Shown here: positions 26,496 through 34,850 of the stretch, one piece after another | Layout of the letters: each line of letters opens with the position of its first letter | Numbering within the stretch: the stretch's first letter is position 1 | From: Candidatus Woesearchaeota archaeon | Lineage (GTDB): Archaea; Nanobdellota; Nanobdellia; CAZCWL01; CAZQAZ01 | Direction: 5' to 3' | Assembly: GCA_964591855.1 (NCBI GenBank) | Contig: CAZQAZ010000002.1 | Location: forward strand, 1-34,850 | DNA: 34,850 nt | The notes under the pieces: generated by a model | Seen by the model: only the letters and a program-made list of their open reading frames with translations | Told to the model about the DNA's origin: nothing | Databases searched by the model: none | Position numbers and translations under genes: made by a program

Positions 26496-28271
26496 ATGGG
26501 TGTGGTGAAAGAAAACGCATTGATGATTGTAGTAGCCTTGGTTCTAGTAGCATTAGTTACATATATAGTGTTTCTAACTACTGGAGGAGTGTCAAAGTTA
26601 AGCTTAGGAATGGATAAGATCCTATGTACATCCACAGCTTCTTTAAGAGGTTATGTCTTCAGTAGTAAGTATATGCATTGGGCCTATTACAAACATCCAG
26701 AATTGTTTAGCAAAGTGGATACGATATTCCCAGTAATGTGTAAAAAGCAAGTTTACTTTGTTTCCCCTGTTACAGACTACGATCCAGTCAACAAGTACGA
26801 CGATGAAATCAAAGAGAAGGAGTTAGCTAACTATGATGAAGGAAGCGACGAGTACAACTCTCGCTTAGCTTACTGGAGACTTGTTTACCTTTTAAGAGAC
26901 CAAGCCAAAGACTGTTCTGATAGGTATGATCATGGAGACCCTCTTTTCCCCGGGGGATATGGAAAGAACCCAGCTATATGTTCAATAATTTTCTACGATC
27001 TTAACAATACATTTGATGTTAAGGTTAGAAAGGTACATTTCGACGAGAATGCTTACGGTTTGCTTAACCCAGGGCTTGTTCCACTTAGAAACGATGCTGA
27101 CATAAGGGAGTTTGTTGAAGAGATTTATGGCAAAAAAGAGTGTGATGCAATCCTCTTCCCAACTCACTCCACAGACTTCTGGCCTGTGAATTATGAAGAT
27201 GAAAAGTGTGAAAATGTTCCGACAGATGAAGCCGCAGATAGCTTGGATTTTGGGTGCGGTGAAAGTTGTACACTTGTAGACAGTAGGCTTAATAATGTGG
27301 TTGGAGTTCCACTTTCTAGCTCTGAAAGAGAGGAGTTAATAAGAGGTTATATGGATGGTAGTATATCTGAGATTAGGCTAACAACGGACGCAGACGAAGG
27401 TAATTTTATATGGTGTTCAACTGAGCTCTATGAAAAGGCGCTAGGGAATGCGGACTACTTATGTGCTAACTTCACATACGATCCCGAGTACGATGTTCCA
27501 GGGCTTATTAATGATGTGATGACGAAGCTTATAAAGAAAGACCAAAAGTGGTGGACAGATCAAAAAGAGATTAATTCATTAGGTATGGGGCAGTGGATAT
27601 GTGGAGCAAGGGGAGGGTATGGTGTGCAGTGTCCATTATATGCACACATTGATGGGAGTATGTTTTGTCCAGGAAAAGGTTCATCGAGTTTAGCTCCAGG
27701 TTACGACTGCATATACATCACAGATTGGGTGGAAGGATACTCTAAAGATACTGTTAAGGGACAACACATAAACCCTACTGATATAAGATCAGGTTGTGCG
27801 GCCAAGCCTCATCCAGGCTTAGGAATAAATAAGCCGGCAAGCCTTTCAAGAGGAGTTATATTTGTAACGTTTTTAGACTTGTGGGATGACAATTGGAATG
27901 ATGTTGTATGGGGTAGAGACTTCATGGGGGAAGGAAGGTATGTTCCAACCAAACAAGCTGCTATTCCTCCTAATAACAAAGTTGTCTTTGTGATATTTGA
28001 TGAAAGCTGGATGCTGCCAGGAAGAGGTGTTGTACCAACAAACGATCCAGGTACTTATCCATCATTTGGCTGTCTTCAAAGTTCAACAGCATTATTAAAA
28101 GTTTGGTCCGGTATGAAAAATGCATGGGTAGAGGGATGGTCAAATTATGCTAAGGATTGGTGTAAGGGGAGAAGCAAAGCAAGTGTGGTGAAAGAAGCAT
28201 TGTTGGTGCCGAATCCAGACGTTATTACAGGTGGTCTATCGGCTCTAGGAATAAACTATCTGGTGTGTTAA
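26496..28271 (+). CDS. N-anchored Cys-rich acidic surface protein (591 aa); paralog of 28282-29232
   Basis: N-terminal TM helix; shares PLFPGGYGKNPAICSIIFYDL and RGVIFVTFLD blocks with the next gene. Confidence 0.75.
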   Translation: MGVVKENALMIVVALVLVALVTYIVFLTTGGVSKLSLGMDKILCTSTASLRGYVFSSKYMHWAYYKHPELFSKVDTIFPVMCKKQVYFVSPVTDYDPVNKYDDEIKEKELANYDEGSDEYNSRLAYWRLVYLLRDQAKDCSDRYDHGDPLFPGGYGKNPAICSIIFYDLNNTFDVKVRKVHFDENAYGLLNPGLVPLRNDADIREFVEEIYGKKECDAILFPTHSTDFWPVNYEDEKCENVPTDEAADSLDFGCGESCTLVDSRLNNVVGVPLSSSEREELIRGYMDGSISEIRLTTDADEGNFIWCSTELYEKALGNADYLCANFTYDPEYDVPGLINDVMTKLIKKDQKWWTDQKEINSLGMGQWICGARGGYGVQCPLYAHIDGSMFCPGKGSSSLAPGYDCIYITDWVEGYSKDTVKGQHINPTDIRSGCAAKPHPGLGINKPASLSRGVIFVTFLDLWDDNWNDVVWGRDFMGEGRYVPTKQAAIPPNNKVVFVIFDESWMLPGRGVVPTNDPGTYPSFGCLQSSTALLKVWSGMKNAWVEGWSNYAKDWCKGRSKASVVKEALLVPNPDVITGGLSALGINYLVC

Positions 28272-28281
28272 AGGTGATGAA

Positions 28282-29232
28282 ATGTTAAGCAAAGTGACAA
28301 TGCTTATAATTGGAATCATTGTGCTAGCTCTTGGATTCTTTATAGTACTAAAGATTATTCCCGCTTACAATGAAAACTTCTCATATCATGTTTGTCACCT
28401 TTTTGCTTTCACGAGAGGGTTTATATTAAGAGACTGGGAGAATGTTGTGCCAAACAGATTAACAGTTAAGATATACGATGCAATAGCTAAGTTTATACCA
28501 TTACCATGTAAGGCAAGAAGCTTTAATATTAGTAGGATGGATTATGCAACGGACGAGGAATTTAAAGACGATTTCATAAGACTTGTTGGTAATCAAATAA
28601 TAGCATGTGATAATTTATTCCATTACAAGAACAATAATCCACTTTACCCGGGTGGTGCTGGAAGAAATCCTTTTGTGTGCTCTGTTATAAGATACAACCT
28701 TAAGAGACCTGATGGCTCAGTAATGGAACTTAGTTCATCCGAGTTTATTAATGGATTACAGAACATGAAAATAAGTTCTTTAAAGACAGAAGACGTGACT
28801 CTCAAAGACAAAGTTAACTTCATGTATGAGAGTGAGTTTTTGAGAGACACAGATAAGGAAGAGAAATGCAAGGGATGTTATAGGATAACAGGGGATTACA
28901 AAGCTAGTGACCCTGACTGCCAAGATCCAGTATGCTTTTATGGTAATTTCTTTGGAGCACAGGATCCTATCTCCAGTGAGGAGAGTGTAAACCTAAGATC
29001 AGAAGGTGTCATTTATATAACATTCCTTGACTACCCTGGAAGAATGATAACAAGGTATGACATAGGTAACAATGCATGTGGCTTTGGTGAGTTGTATGTT
29101 GAGGAGAGAGCTATAACTGGTGCTTCTAAGTGGAAGCTTGGTAACTTTATTTTACATTGGGAAGAATCCGAGATTGAGCCACAAGACATAGTTTTACTTT
29201 GTTACGAATCTTTAAATACAGGAAGCTCCTAA
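28282..29232 (+). CDS. N-anchored Cys-containing surface protein (316 aa); paralog of 26496-28271
   Basis: AGGTGA SD upstream; TM helix; PLYPGGAGRNPFVCSVIRYNL and EGVIYITFLD blocks. Confidence 0.75.
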   Translation: MLSKVTMLIIGIIVLALGFFIVLKIIPAYNENFSYHVCHLFAFTRGFILRDWENVVPNRLTVKIYDAIAKFIPLPCKARSFNISRMDYATDEEFKDDFIRLVGNQIIACDNLFHYKNNNPLYPGGAGRNPFVCSVIRYNLKRPDGSVMELSSSEFINGLQNMKISSLKTEDVTLKDKVNFMYESEFLRDTDKEEKCKGCYRITGDYKASDPDCQDPVCFYGNFFGAQDPISSEESVNLRSEGVIYITFLDYPGRMITRYDIGNNACGFGELYVEERAITGASKWKLGNFILHWEESEIEPQDIVLLCYESLNTGSS

Positions 29233-29239
29233 GATTTCT

Positions 29240-29398
29240 ATGAGGAAAGCATCCATATGGGAAAAACCAGTTAGTATTATTCTTATTATCGTAATAGCAG
29301 CTTTGCTCATATTTTTGATCTACATGTGGCTTGGTAAGTGGGGGGCTAGCCATGCAAGCAGTATTGCAGACGCTATTGACATCACGAAGTATGTGTAA
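29240..29398 (+). CDS. Mini pilin-like protein with class III-like signal (52 aa), not in the ORF track
   Basis: Hand translation MRKA|SIWEKPVSIILIIVIAALLIFLIYMWLGKWGASHASSIADAIDITKYV*; starts 7 nt after the upstream stop. Confidence 0.75.
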   Translation: MRKASIWEKPVSIILIIVIAALLIFLIYMWLGKWGASHASSIADAIDITKYV

Positions 29399-29558
29399 AG
29401 GTTTAAGGGCGATGTCCTTAGGGATAAGTGTTGTGATAGTTTTAGCAGTGGCAATTCTATTTGCCGTTGTGATGATTTTTATAATATACCCAATGGCCAT
29501 GTCCTCAAATACAACCCTTATGACTTTTGCAGATAAGATAGTGAATGCTTTCTCTTAA
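29391..29558 (+). CDS. Mini pilin-like protein (55 aa)
   Basis: MCKGLRA|MSLGISVVIVLAVAILFAVVMIFIIYP...NTT. Start moved from 29331 to 29391, giving an 8-nt overlap with the previous ORF; 29412 is an alternative start. Confidence 0.68.
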   Translation: MCKGLRAMSLGISVVIVLAVAILFAVVMIFIIYPMAMSSNTTLMTFADKIVNAFS

Positions 29559-29596
29559 GGCTTAATTATTTATACTAAGAACTCATTATCATTATT

Positions 29597-29785
29597 ATGA
29601 AAAAGGGAGTTGAACTTTCTGTAAATTTTATGATAATTCTAGCAATAGCAGTACTTGCAGCAGTCGTATTCATTTTATTTTACATCTCATCATCCCAGTC
29701 TGCCCAAGGTTCTTTGTGGAACATTAAGAGGAACATATCAGATGTCTTAATAAACAACACAACTTCTTCAATAGGAGTGACCTGA
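29597..29785 (+). CDS. Mini pilin with class III signal peptide (62 aa)
   Basis: MKKG|VELSVNFMIILAIAVLAAVVFILF; sequons NIS, NNT, NTT; TTTATA about 22 nt upstream. Confidence 0.82.
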   Translation: MKKGVELSVNFMIILAIAVLAAVVFILFYISSSQSAQGSLWNIKRNISDVLINNTTSSIGVT

Positions 29786-29786
29786 T

Positions 29787-31577
29787 TTGGTTAGTAAGGA
29801 GACCATAAGCGCTATTGGTGGTCTTATTGGTAGTTTTATTTTAGTTTGGATTCTTGCAAGCTCTTTTGGCATGCTCCCAACATCAAACAGGTATAAAGAA
29901 ACTTTTGATACGTTAGAAGAAGGATTCTACAAGGCAGGAAAGTATGGTTCTGCAGTTGTTACTGGTTATGGATTCTTCTATTACGATACTCATAAAAGAT
30001 ACTTTTGTGACCAGAGCAAAGTAAGTGTAAATCTTCCTACAAAAGAACCAAGTACATCTTTGTGGTTTGTGCAAAAGCATTCGCAAGATTATTCCTATCC
30101 ATTAATAATCTTTGTCAAGTCGAGTAAACTTGCCAAACATCTTGAGAGTATTAGAGACGTTGTTGGGGAGCAAGCAGGAAGTCTCATTGACAAAGATGTT
30201 CAAACATTAAGGCAGTGCGATGGTGAGTACTGCATGTGCTATGTGGAGATGTACCCACCATATTCAGGATATGTTCCAGAGGGATTTGAGTACGTCAGAT
30301 TCCAGAAAGTTAATTCTGTGGTGGATGACTCGAATGAGATTGTATCTATGCAGGGAGAAGAGGTAAATATTAATGATTATTTGTATAGCCCATCATTAAC
30401 AGACACTTTCTGGGATGCATTTACTATTTTGCATGAGGAAAAACTGTTCAACCAAAATACATTTAACAAAACCATGCCCTACATTAAAAAGTGCATAGAC
30501 TTCCACAGAATGTGTTCATGCGAGCCAAATGTATGTAGAGGATTAGACCAAGAGAAATGTGAAGATTACAAGACATTTGGTTACGACTGTCAGTGGGACG
30601 CCGATGAAGGTTCTTGCGTACAGAAGATAAGTCCAGCATGCATCCCAACAGCAACCTTTAAAGTGGATAGTAAAGATATGATAATGCCAATAGCTACTGT
30701 GTCTCCGTTAAACGCTAAACTATGGAATATACCAGACAAACCTCAAGATCAACAGGTATACATAGACAGAATGGGCTGCGTCTTGAATATAAGAGACATG
30801 TCCTCTTTGAAGGAGCCTCTCCTAGGGGAGAAATTTAGTGTAGCATACCAAGTGGATATCCCTTTGGCGAACATTATTGATAACAATAAAATAGTGACGA
30901 AAGTCTGCTCTGACGATTTTAAAGTGGAGGGGGACCAAGTGAGTGTGAGGATAAAAAAGAGTAGTTATACCTCAGCTCTAAAATTTGATGTAGAAGAGTT
31001 GAGTAAATTTGTATTTGGACCTGATGCTGTAAAGAGTGGAGATATAAGATATAACGTTACAAATGCAGATATCCTCTGGGGGGACTTGGGGAGTCAAGGG
31101 TTAGCGAAAGATATTCGGTTAAAACAGGAGAGTGGGCTTGTAGAAGAGATAGATGCTATCTTTTATCGTTCAGAAGAAATCCACGAAGTGGAAGACGTGA
31201 GCACTTTCATAAGGTATTTGAGCGTAACGTACAATTTGACAGGAAAGCGTACCAAAATAATAGGAAGAATTTATCCTTATATTATAGAGAATAAAGGGGA
31301 TACTATTATAGAAGGGTTTTATAGCAAGAAAACCTTTAACCATAATTATAATGATAAAGAGTTGTCAGAGTGGGGAATAACTTATTTTAATATAAGTGGA
31401 TATGGCTTAGGAGAGTTTGCGAAGTGGGACGAGTTAAGACCCGCAGCATATGTAAAAAATCAAAATTCATACACATGCTCTTCAGGTTATCCTTATGATG
31501 ATTATGCAAAATATTTCTACTGCTTAGAAAAAGATTCTGAGATAAAATGTGGTGGGGGCTATAAATCATGGCCATGA
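29787..31577 (+). CDS. Large N-anchored surface protein with internal Cys-rich module (596 aa)
   Basis: TTG start; N-terminal hydrophobic helix; CSCEPNVC..EKC..YDCQW..GSC..PAC segment. Confidence 0.72.
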   Translation: MVSKETISAIGGLIGSFILVWILASSFGMLPTSNRYKETFDTLEEGFYKAGKYGSAVVTGYGFFYYDTHKRYFCDQSKVSVNLPTKEPSTSLWFVQKHSQDYSYPLIIFVKSSKLAKHLESIRDVVGEQAGSLIDKDVQTLRQCDGEYCMCYVEMYPPYSGYVPEGFEYVRFQKVNSVVDDSNEIVSMQGEEVNINDYLYSPSLTDTFWDAFTILHEEKLFNQNTFNKTMPYIKKCIDFHRMCSCEPNVCRGLDQEKCEDYKTFGYDCQWDADEGSCVQKISPACIPTATFKVDSKDMIMPIATVSPLNAKLWNIPDKPQDQQVYIDRMGCVLNIRDMSSLKEPLLGEKFSVAYQVDIPLANIIDNNKIVTKVCSDDFKVEGDQVSVRIKKSSYTSALKFDVEELSKFVFGPDAVKSGDIRYNVTNADILWGDLGSQGLAKDIRLKQESGLVEEIDAIFYRSEEIHEVEDVSTFIRYLSVTYNLTGKRTKIIGRIYPYIIENKGDTIIEGFYSKKTFNHNYNDKELSEWGITYFNISGYGLGEFAKWDELRPAAYVKNQNSYTCSSGYPYDDYAKYFYCLEKDSEIKCGGGYKSWP

Positions 31578-32515
31578 GGAAAAGTCAAGAAGAGATTAAT
31601 ATAATAACAGCATTACTCATACCAGCGTTGGCTTTCCTACTTTTGTTAGTAGTCCTTTATGTTAACATGCTACCTGTTATTGATCCTTATATGTTCGCTC
31701 TTTTATTTGCACACGATGTTGGCACATTAGTAGATAGCGCGTATGCTTCGCCAGGAAATATAAGGTTTGTATACTCTGGACCGATTCCTTGTAAACCTGA
31801 TTACTCAAAAGGAGTTTTGAACTGCACAAAAGGCTCTTCGTGGATAGCCATGGGCTTTGGAAGTGGCCATGGAGAGAACTACAAAGTTGAGACAGCTTTA
31901 TACGATTTGCTTTTAGGAAACCCCGAACTCGTGGCTAACATCCCAAAGGTGGCTTTTGTAAACATACCCTTTACGGCAAAGATAAGGAAACTTACCGGCA
32001 CAATGGATATAGAGGGAACATCAACTTATTTCTCTGAACCTAGCACTTATGATTTCATGATGAGAAAAGGGAAATCTATAGGCATGTATTTAGCAAATGG
32101 TGGTGTTGTTATAAGAAAAGTGCAAAAAAACTTCTTTGGAACAATTAGTTATTCTAATAAAGACAACTTGGGAGTAGACTTTATAATGTCTAAAGTCTTA
32201 GATGTGTGTGAGAGTGGGCAAGAAGAGACCTTTGATATAACTCTTCTTCCAAGGTATGTACTGTACTATAATAATTTAAAACTCTGCATGGCAGAACTCG
32301 ACAGTTCAAATAATCCTAGAGATATAGAGTGTTATAATTTTAATAGGATGGATGGATGTACAGTTAGCATAAGTTCTGATGACGACGAATTTGAACGTGA
32401 TGACAATTTTATCAGCAGAATTGGAAAGTTTAACGATGACCACTCTCATAAGATAAGAGTGAAGATATCTAAAAATGCGGATGGAGTAAGCATCTCTCTG
32501 AGTGAGGCAAAATGA
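31568..32515 (+). CDS. Pilin-like protein with class III signal (315 aa)
   Basis: MAMRKS|QEEINIITALLIPALAFLLLLVVL; FAHDVGTLVDSAYASPGNI; Cys pairs. Confidence 0.78.
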   Translation: MAMRKSQEEINIITALLIPALAFLLLLVVLYVNMLPVIDPYMFALLFAHDVGTLVDSAYASPGNIRFVYSGPIPCKPDYSKGVLNCTKGSSWIAMGFGSGHGENYKVETALYDLLLGNPELVANIPKVAFVNIPFTAKIRKLTGTMDIEGTSTYFSEPSTYDFMMRKGKSIGMYLANGGVVIRKVQKNFFGTISYSNKDNLGVDFIMSKVLDVCESGQEETFDITLLPRYVLYYNNLKLCMAELDSSNNPRDIECYNFNRMDGCTVSISSDDDEFERDDNFISRIGKFNDDHSHKIRVKISKNADGVSISLSEAK

Positions 32516-33111
32516 AAATGAGAAAGTCGCAGATGCAAATATCTGTATTTCATCTCTTAGCAGTAACTTTATCTATTATACTTGTTCTTTACGTTGCAAT
32601 ACTTCAAAATAAAGTGAAAATGGAGACCATATCTTCAAACACAGAAGCGCAGCACCTTCAATTAATAAGAAGACTTTTCACATCTCCTGATTGTCTTGCA
32701 TACGAAGATAGAGTTTATGATGTAATAGGAAATAAGATATATTCTGCTAGATCAACGAAACCATTTGTTGTGGACATGTGGAAGTGGCATAGTTGGGAAC
32801 ACTTTAATTGTGTTAGAGATGTGGTGGGCCTGGATCAGAGACCATCACAGTTTAGATACTATAATATAACTCTTTATGATTTGGATGAAGGGGCTAAGTA
32901 CACACAGGTATCGACCTTACCAAGCGAATGTGATGAGAATACTGGTGTGTGTTATGAATTAAGTGCTACTAAAGAATGTGATGAGAGATTCTTTTTTGAC
33001 ATGTTCCCTGTTAGAATCATGACACAAGATGGCGAACTTCATGAGGGTTTAGTTTATATCAAGAGTTGTATGGCTGGAAGGTTAGTCCTCCCAAGTGAAA
33101 TGGAGGTGTAA
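32512..33111 (+). CDS. Pilin-like protein with class III signal (199 aa)
   Basis: MKMRKS|QMQISVFHLLAVTLSIILVLYVAIL; SPDCLAYED; ATGA overlap with the upstream gene. Confidence 0.78.
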   Translation: MKMRKSQMQISVFHLLAVTLSIILVLYVAILQNKVKMETISSNTEAQHLQLIRRLFTSPDCLAYEDRVYDVIGNKIYSARSTKPFVVDMWKWHSWEHFNCVRDVVGLDQRPSQFRYYNITLYDLDEGAKYTQVSTLPSECDENTGVCYELSATKECDERFFFDMFPVRIMTQDGELHEGLVYIKSCMAGRLVLPSEMEV

Positions 33112-33116
33112 ACAAA

Positions 33117-34199
33117 ATGAGAAAAGCACAAGCGAAGTTATCGCAGTTTATAGGTGTTGTGCTACTTGTGTTTTTCTTCATATTTTCAATGCTCTACATA
33201 AAGCTTTTCCTAGCAGCCGATGACATATTAAGAGCATCATTCTCATTCAAGGAGAAGCTTGTTGAGCTTGGATGTAAGTCTACACTTTATTCCCTTCTGG
33301 ATTATGAGTACTATAAAGGAGATAATTCTCATTTGGATACTCTTTCATGTTCACGTTTGGGAGAAGATTTTATACCATATAATGAGACACACTGTATAAA
33401 CAAAGAGAGTGGTGAGATTAAGGAGGGGGATTACGACGAAAAGAAAGTTCTTTATAAAGTAATAGCAGATTACTACCCCCTACCGAGAGTTGTTTTGGTT
33501 CCAGACTGTGGCTCATATAATGAGACTTTTTATTTATTTAAGGGATGTGGCACTAAGGAGTCCGAAGATGTGTGCAATTACACTCTAAGGCCTTATCCTA
33601 CTGATGAAGAATGTAGTTCCTTTTTGGACGATGTTTGGAGTAAGTTCGAGTCGGAGGAGTACGGCTACTCTCCTGATGAGAAGGAAGAATACATTGTTGA
33701 GGTTAATTATACCGTCATAGAGGATGGAACATGTAAACGTGAAATATTCCTATACGAATTAGATCAATCTGAGTGTAGGCCTAGTGGTAGTAGTTTGTGT
33801 AGAGAGACATCAGGTTGCACACAAACTAAATATGGTCAGCTCTTTGAAGATGTAAAGAGTATTGTAACTGATGAATTAGGGAGTGCAAGTGAGATTCTAA
33901 ATCCAAACCTAAAGAGATGTGAGGAGAGTTATGCCGGTGAGTGTGGAGACGTAGGTGTACCTGTAGGGGAGGACTATTATTATTTCTCTGAGAGAGTGAA
34001 GTTACTTGATCAAAGTCTGGCAAGGTATGGTCTTCGCTTCTTGGGTGGGATCTCTGGCAAGGGAACAATACCATCGTCTACAGATATTAAGGGAATAACT
34101 CTCTGTGAAACAAATATATTCTCCGTGTACCAAACAGGAGACATAATAAAGAAAGGGATATTAAGTCCAATAGCATATATAATGTGGGGTTCGATATGA
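33117..34199 (+). CDS. Cys-rich acidic pilin-like protein with class III signal (360 aa)
   Basis: GGAGGTG SD; MRKA|QAKLSQFIGVVLLVFFFIFSML; many Cys and Glu. Confidence 0.78.
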   Translation: MRKAQAKLSQFIGVVLLVFFFIFSMLYIKLFLAADDILRASFSFKEKLVELGCKSTLYSLLDYEYYKGDNSHLDTLSCSRLGEDFIPYNETHCINKESGEIKEGDYDEKKVLYKVIADYYPLPRVVLVPDCGSYNETFYLFKGCGTKESEDVCNYTLRPYPTDEECSSFLDDVWSKFESEEYGYSPDEKEEYIVEVNYTVIEDGTCKREIFLYELDQSECRPSGSSLCRETSGCTQTKYGQLFEDVKSIVTDELGSASEILNPNLKRCEESYAGECGDVGVPVGEDYYYFSERVKLLDQSLARYGLRFLGGISGKGTIPSSTDIKGITLCETNIFSVYQTGDIIKKGILSPIAYIMWGSI

Positions 34200-34850
34200 G
34201 AAAGAGTCAAGAGTATGCAACTGGAACAATAATCTACCTACTTGTATTCTTTACAGTGCTTCTAGTTGGGACATACGGGATTCATAACAGATTCTTAATA
34301 GAAAGCAGGGCAAAGTCTTATCAGCTTACAGCATTAAGTGCGGAAGAAGTTGTTAAGGATGTTAAGCAGCTTGTAGGCTCAGAAAGAAGATACGCCTTAG
34401 AAAGATCACTTTTCTTAGTTGGGGCTTTTGGGGGGTACAATGCACCAGTTGATCTTCAAAAGATCCCTGATTGTGAGGGTGGTGATAAAAACATAATAAA
34501 TCTAACATACTGCCGTGATCCGAATAGTGGGGAGCCTGTGCCTGCAACTAACTTCAAATATAGAAACATTAACATAAGAGAGTGTGGAACCACTCCAGCT
34601 AAGTACGAAGGTGGATTTAGTTCGCTGATGGGGAAGATCATGCCTGAAAGAGAGTATGGGGTTCCATACTTTTATGACAGCAACTTTGGGGAGTGTCCTG
34701 CTTCGTATAATCTTGACATAGATGTGCTTAAGGGAAACATAGAGAATGTTTCTAAGGCATTTGCAGAGTTAGATCCAGATGTTTACAATTACATCAAAGA
34801 GAAGTACGGACGTTTCATTGACATAGATAAGTATTATGTCCTTAAAATAC
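34196..34850 (+). CDS. Pilin-like protein with class III signal, 3'-partial, not in the ORF track
   Basis: ATGA overlap; MRKS|QEYATGTIIYLLVFFTVLLVGTYG...LFLVGAFGGY...; frame stays open to the window end. Confidence 0.78.
   Translation, partial: MRKSQEYATGTIIYLLVFFTVLLVGTYGIHNRFLIESRAKSYQLTALSAEEVVKDVKQLVGSERRYALERSLFLVGAFGGYNAPVDLQKIPDCEGGDKNIINLTYCRDPNSGEPVPATNFKYRNINIRECGTTPAKYEGGFSSLMGKIMPEREYGVPYFYDSNFGECPASYNLDIDVLKGNIENVSKAFAELDPDVYNYIKEKYGRFIDIDKYYVLKI

Noticed and set aside
29331-29390. Longer 75-aa start for the 29558-ending ORF
   Set aside because: It would overlap the 52-aa pilin-like ORF 29240-29398 by 68 nt; ATG 29391 gives a better signal-like N-terminus.
24140-34850. Provirus or horizontally inserted island
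   Set aside because: No integrase, capsid, packaging or replication genes and no flanking repeats; the acidic composition fits extracellular proteins.

Overview
AT-rich, very compact archaeal chromosome segment. Overlapping genes, tiny divergent TATA-box intergenics, mostly leaderless starts and the gene content are most consistent with a DPANN-type (Nanoarchaeota/Woesearchaeota-like) genome; the taxonomy is inference. Left (1-9.5 kb): glycosyltransferases, a tightly coupled cdc6/orc1 - SpoIIM/DUF95-like - aglB - aglH run, and divergent fen1. Middle (9.4-14.7 kb): MFS transporter, a tRNA-thiolation group (SAMP/ThiS-like carrier, TtuA/NcsA, DUF357), a ThiI homologue that has lost its PP-loop, an unannotated small membrane ORF, a DUF4430-like protein and a candidate box C/D guide sRNA. 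Right (14.8-34.85 kb): four related unknown membrane proteins, two coiled-coil proteins and a type IV pilus-like locus of more than 15 kb that runs off the window. That locus has a VirB11/CpaF-type ATPase, a TadC/ArlJ-type platform, a probable major pilin and 11 further pilin-like or N-anchored proteins. Several of these are large, acidic and Cys-rich, and three are missing from the ORF track. No rRNA, tRNA, CRISPR or mobile element was recognised.
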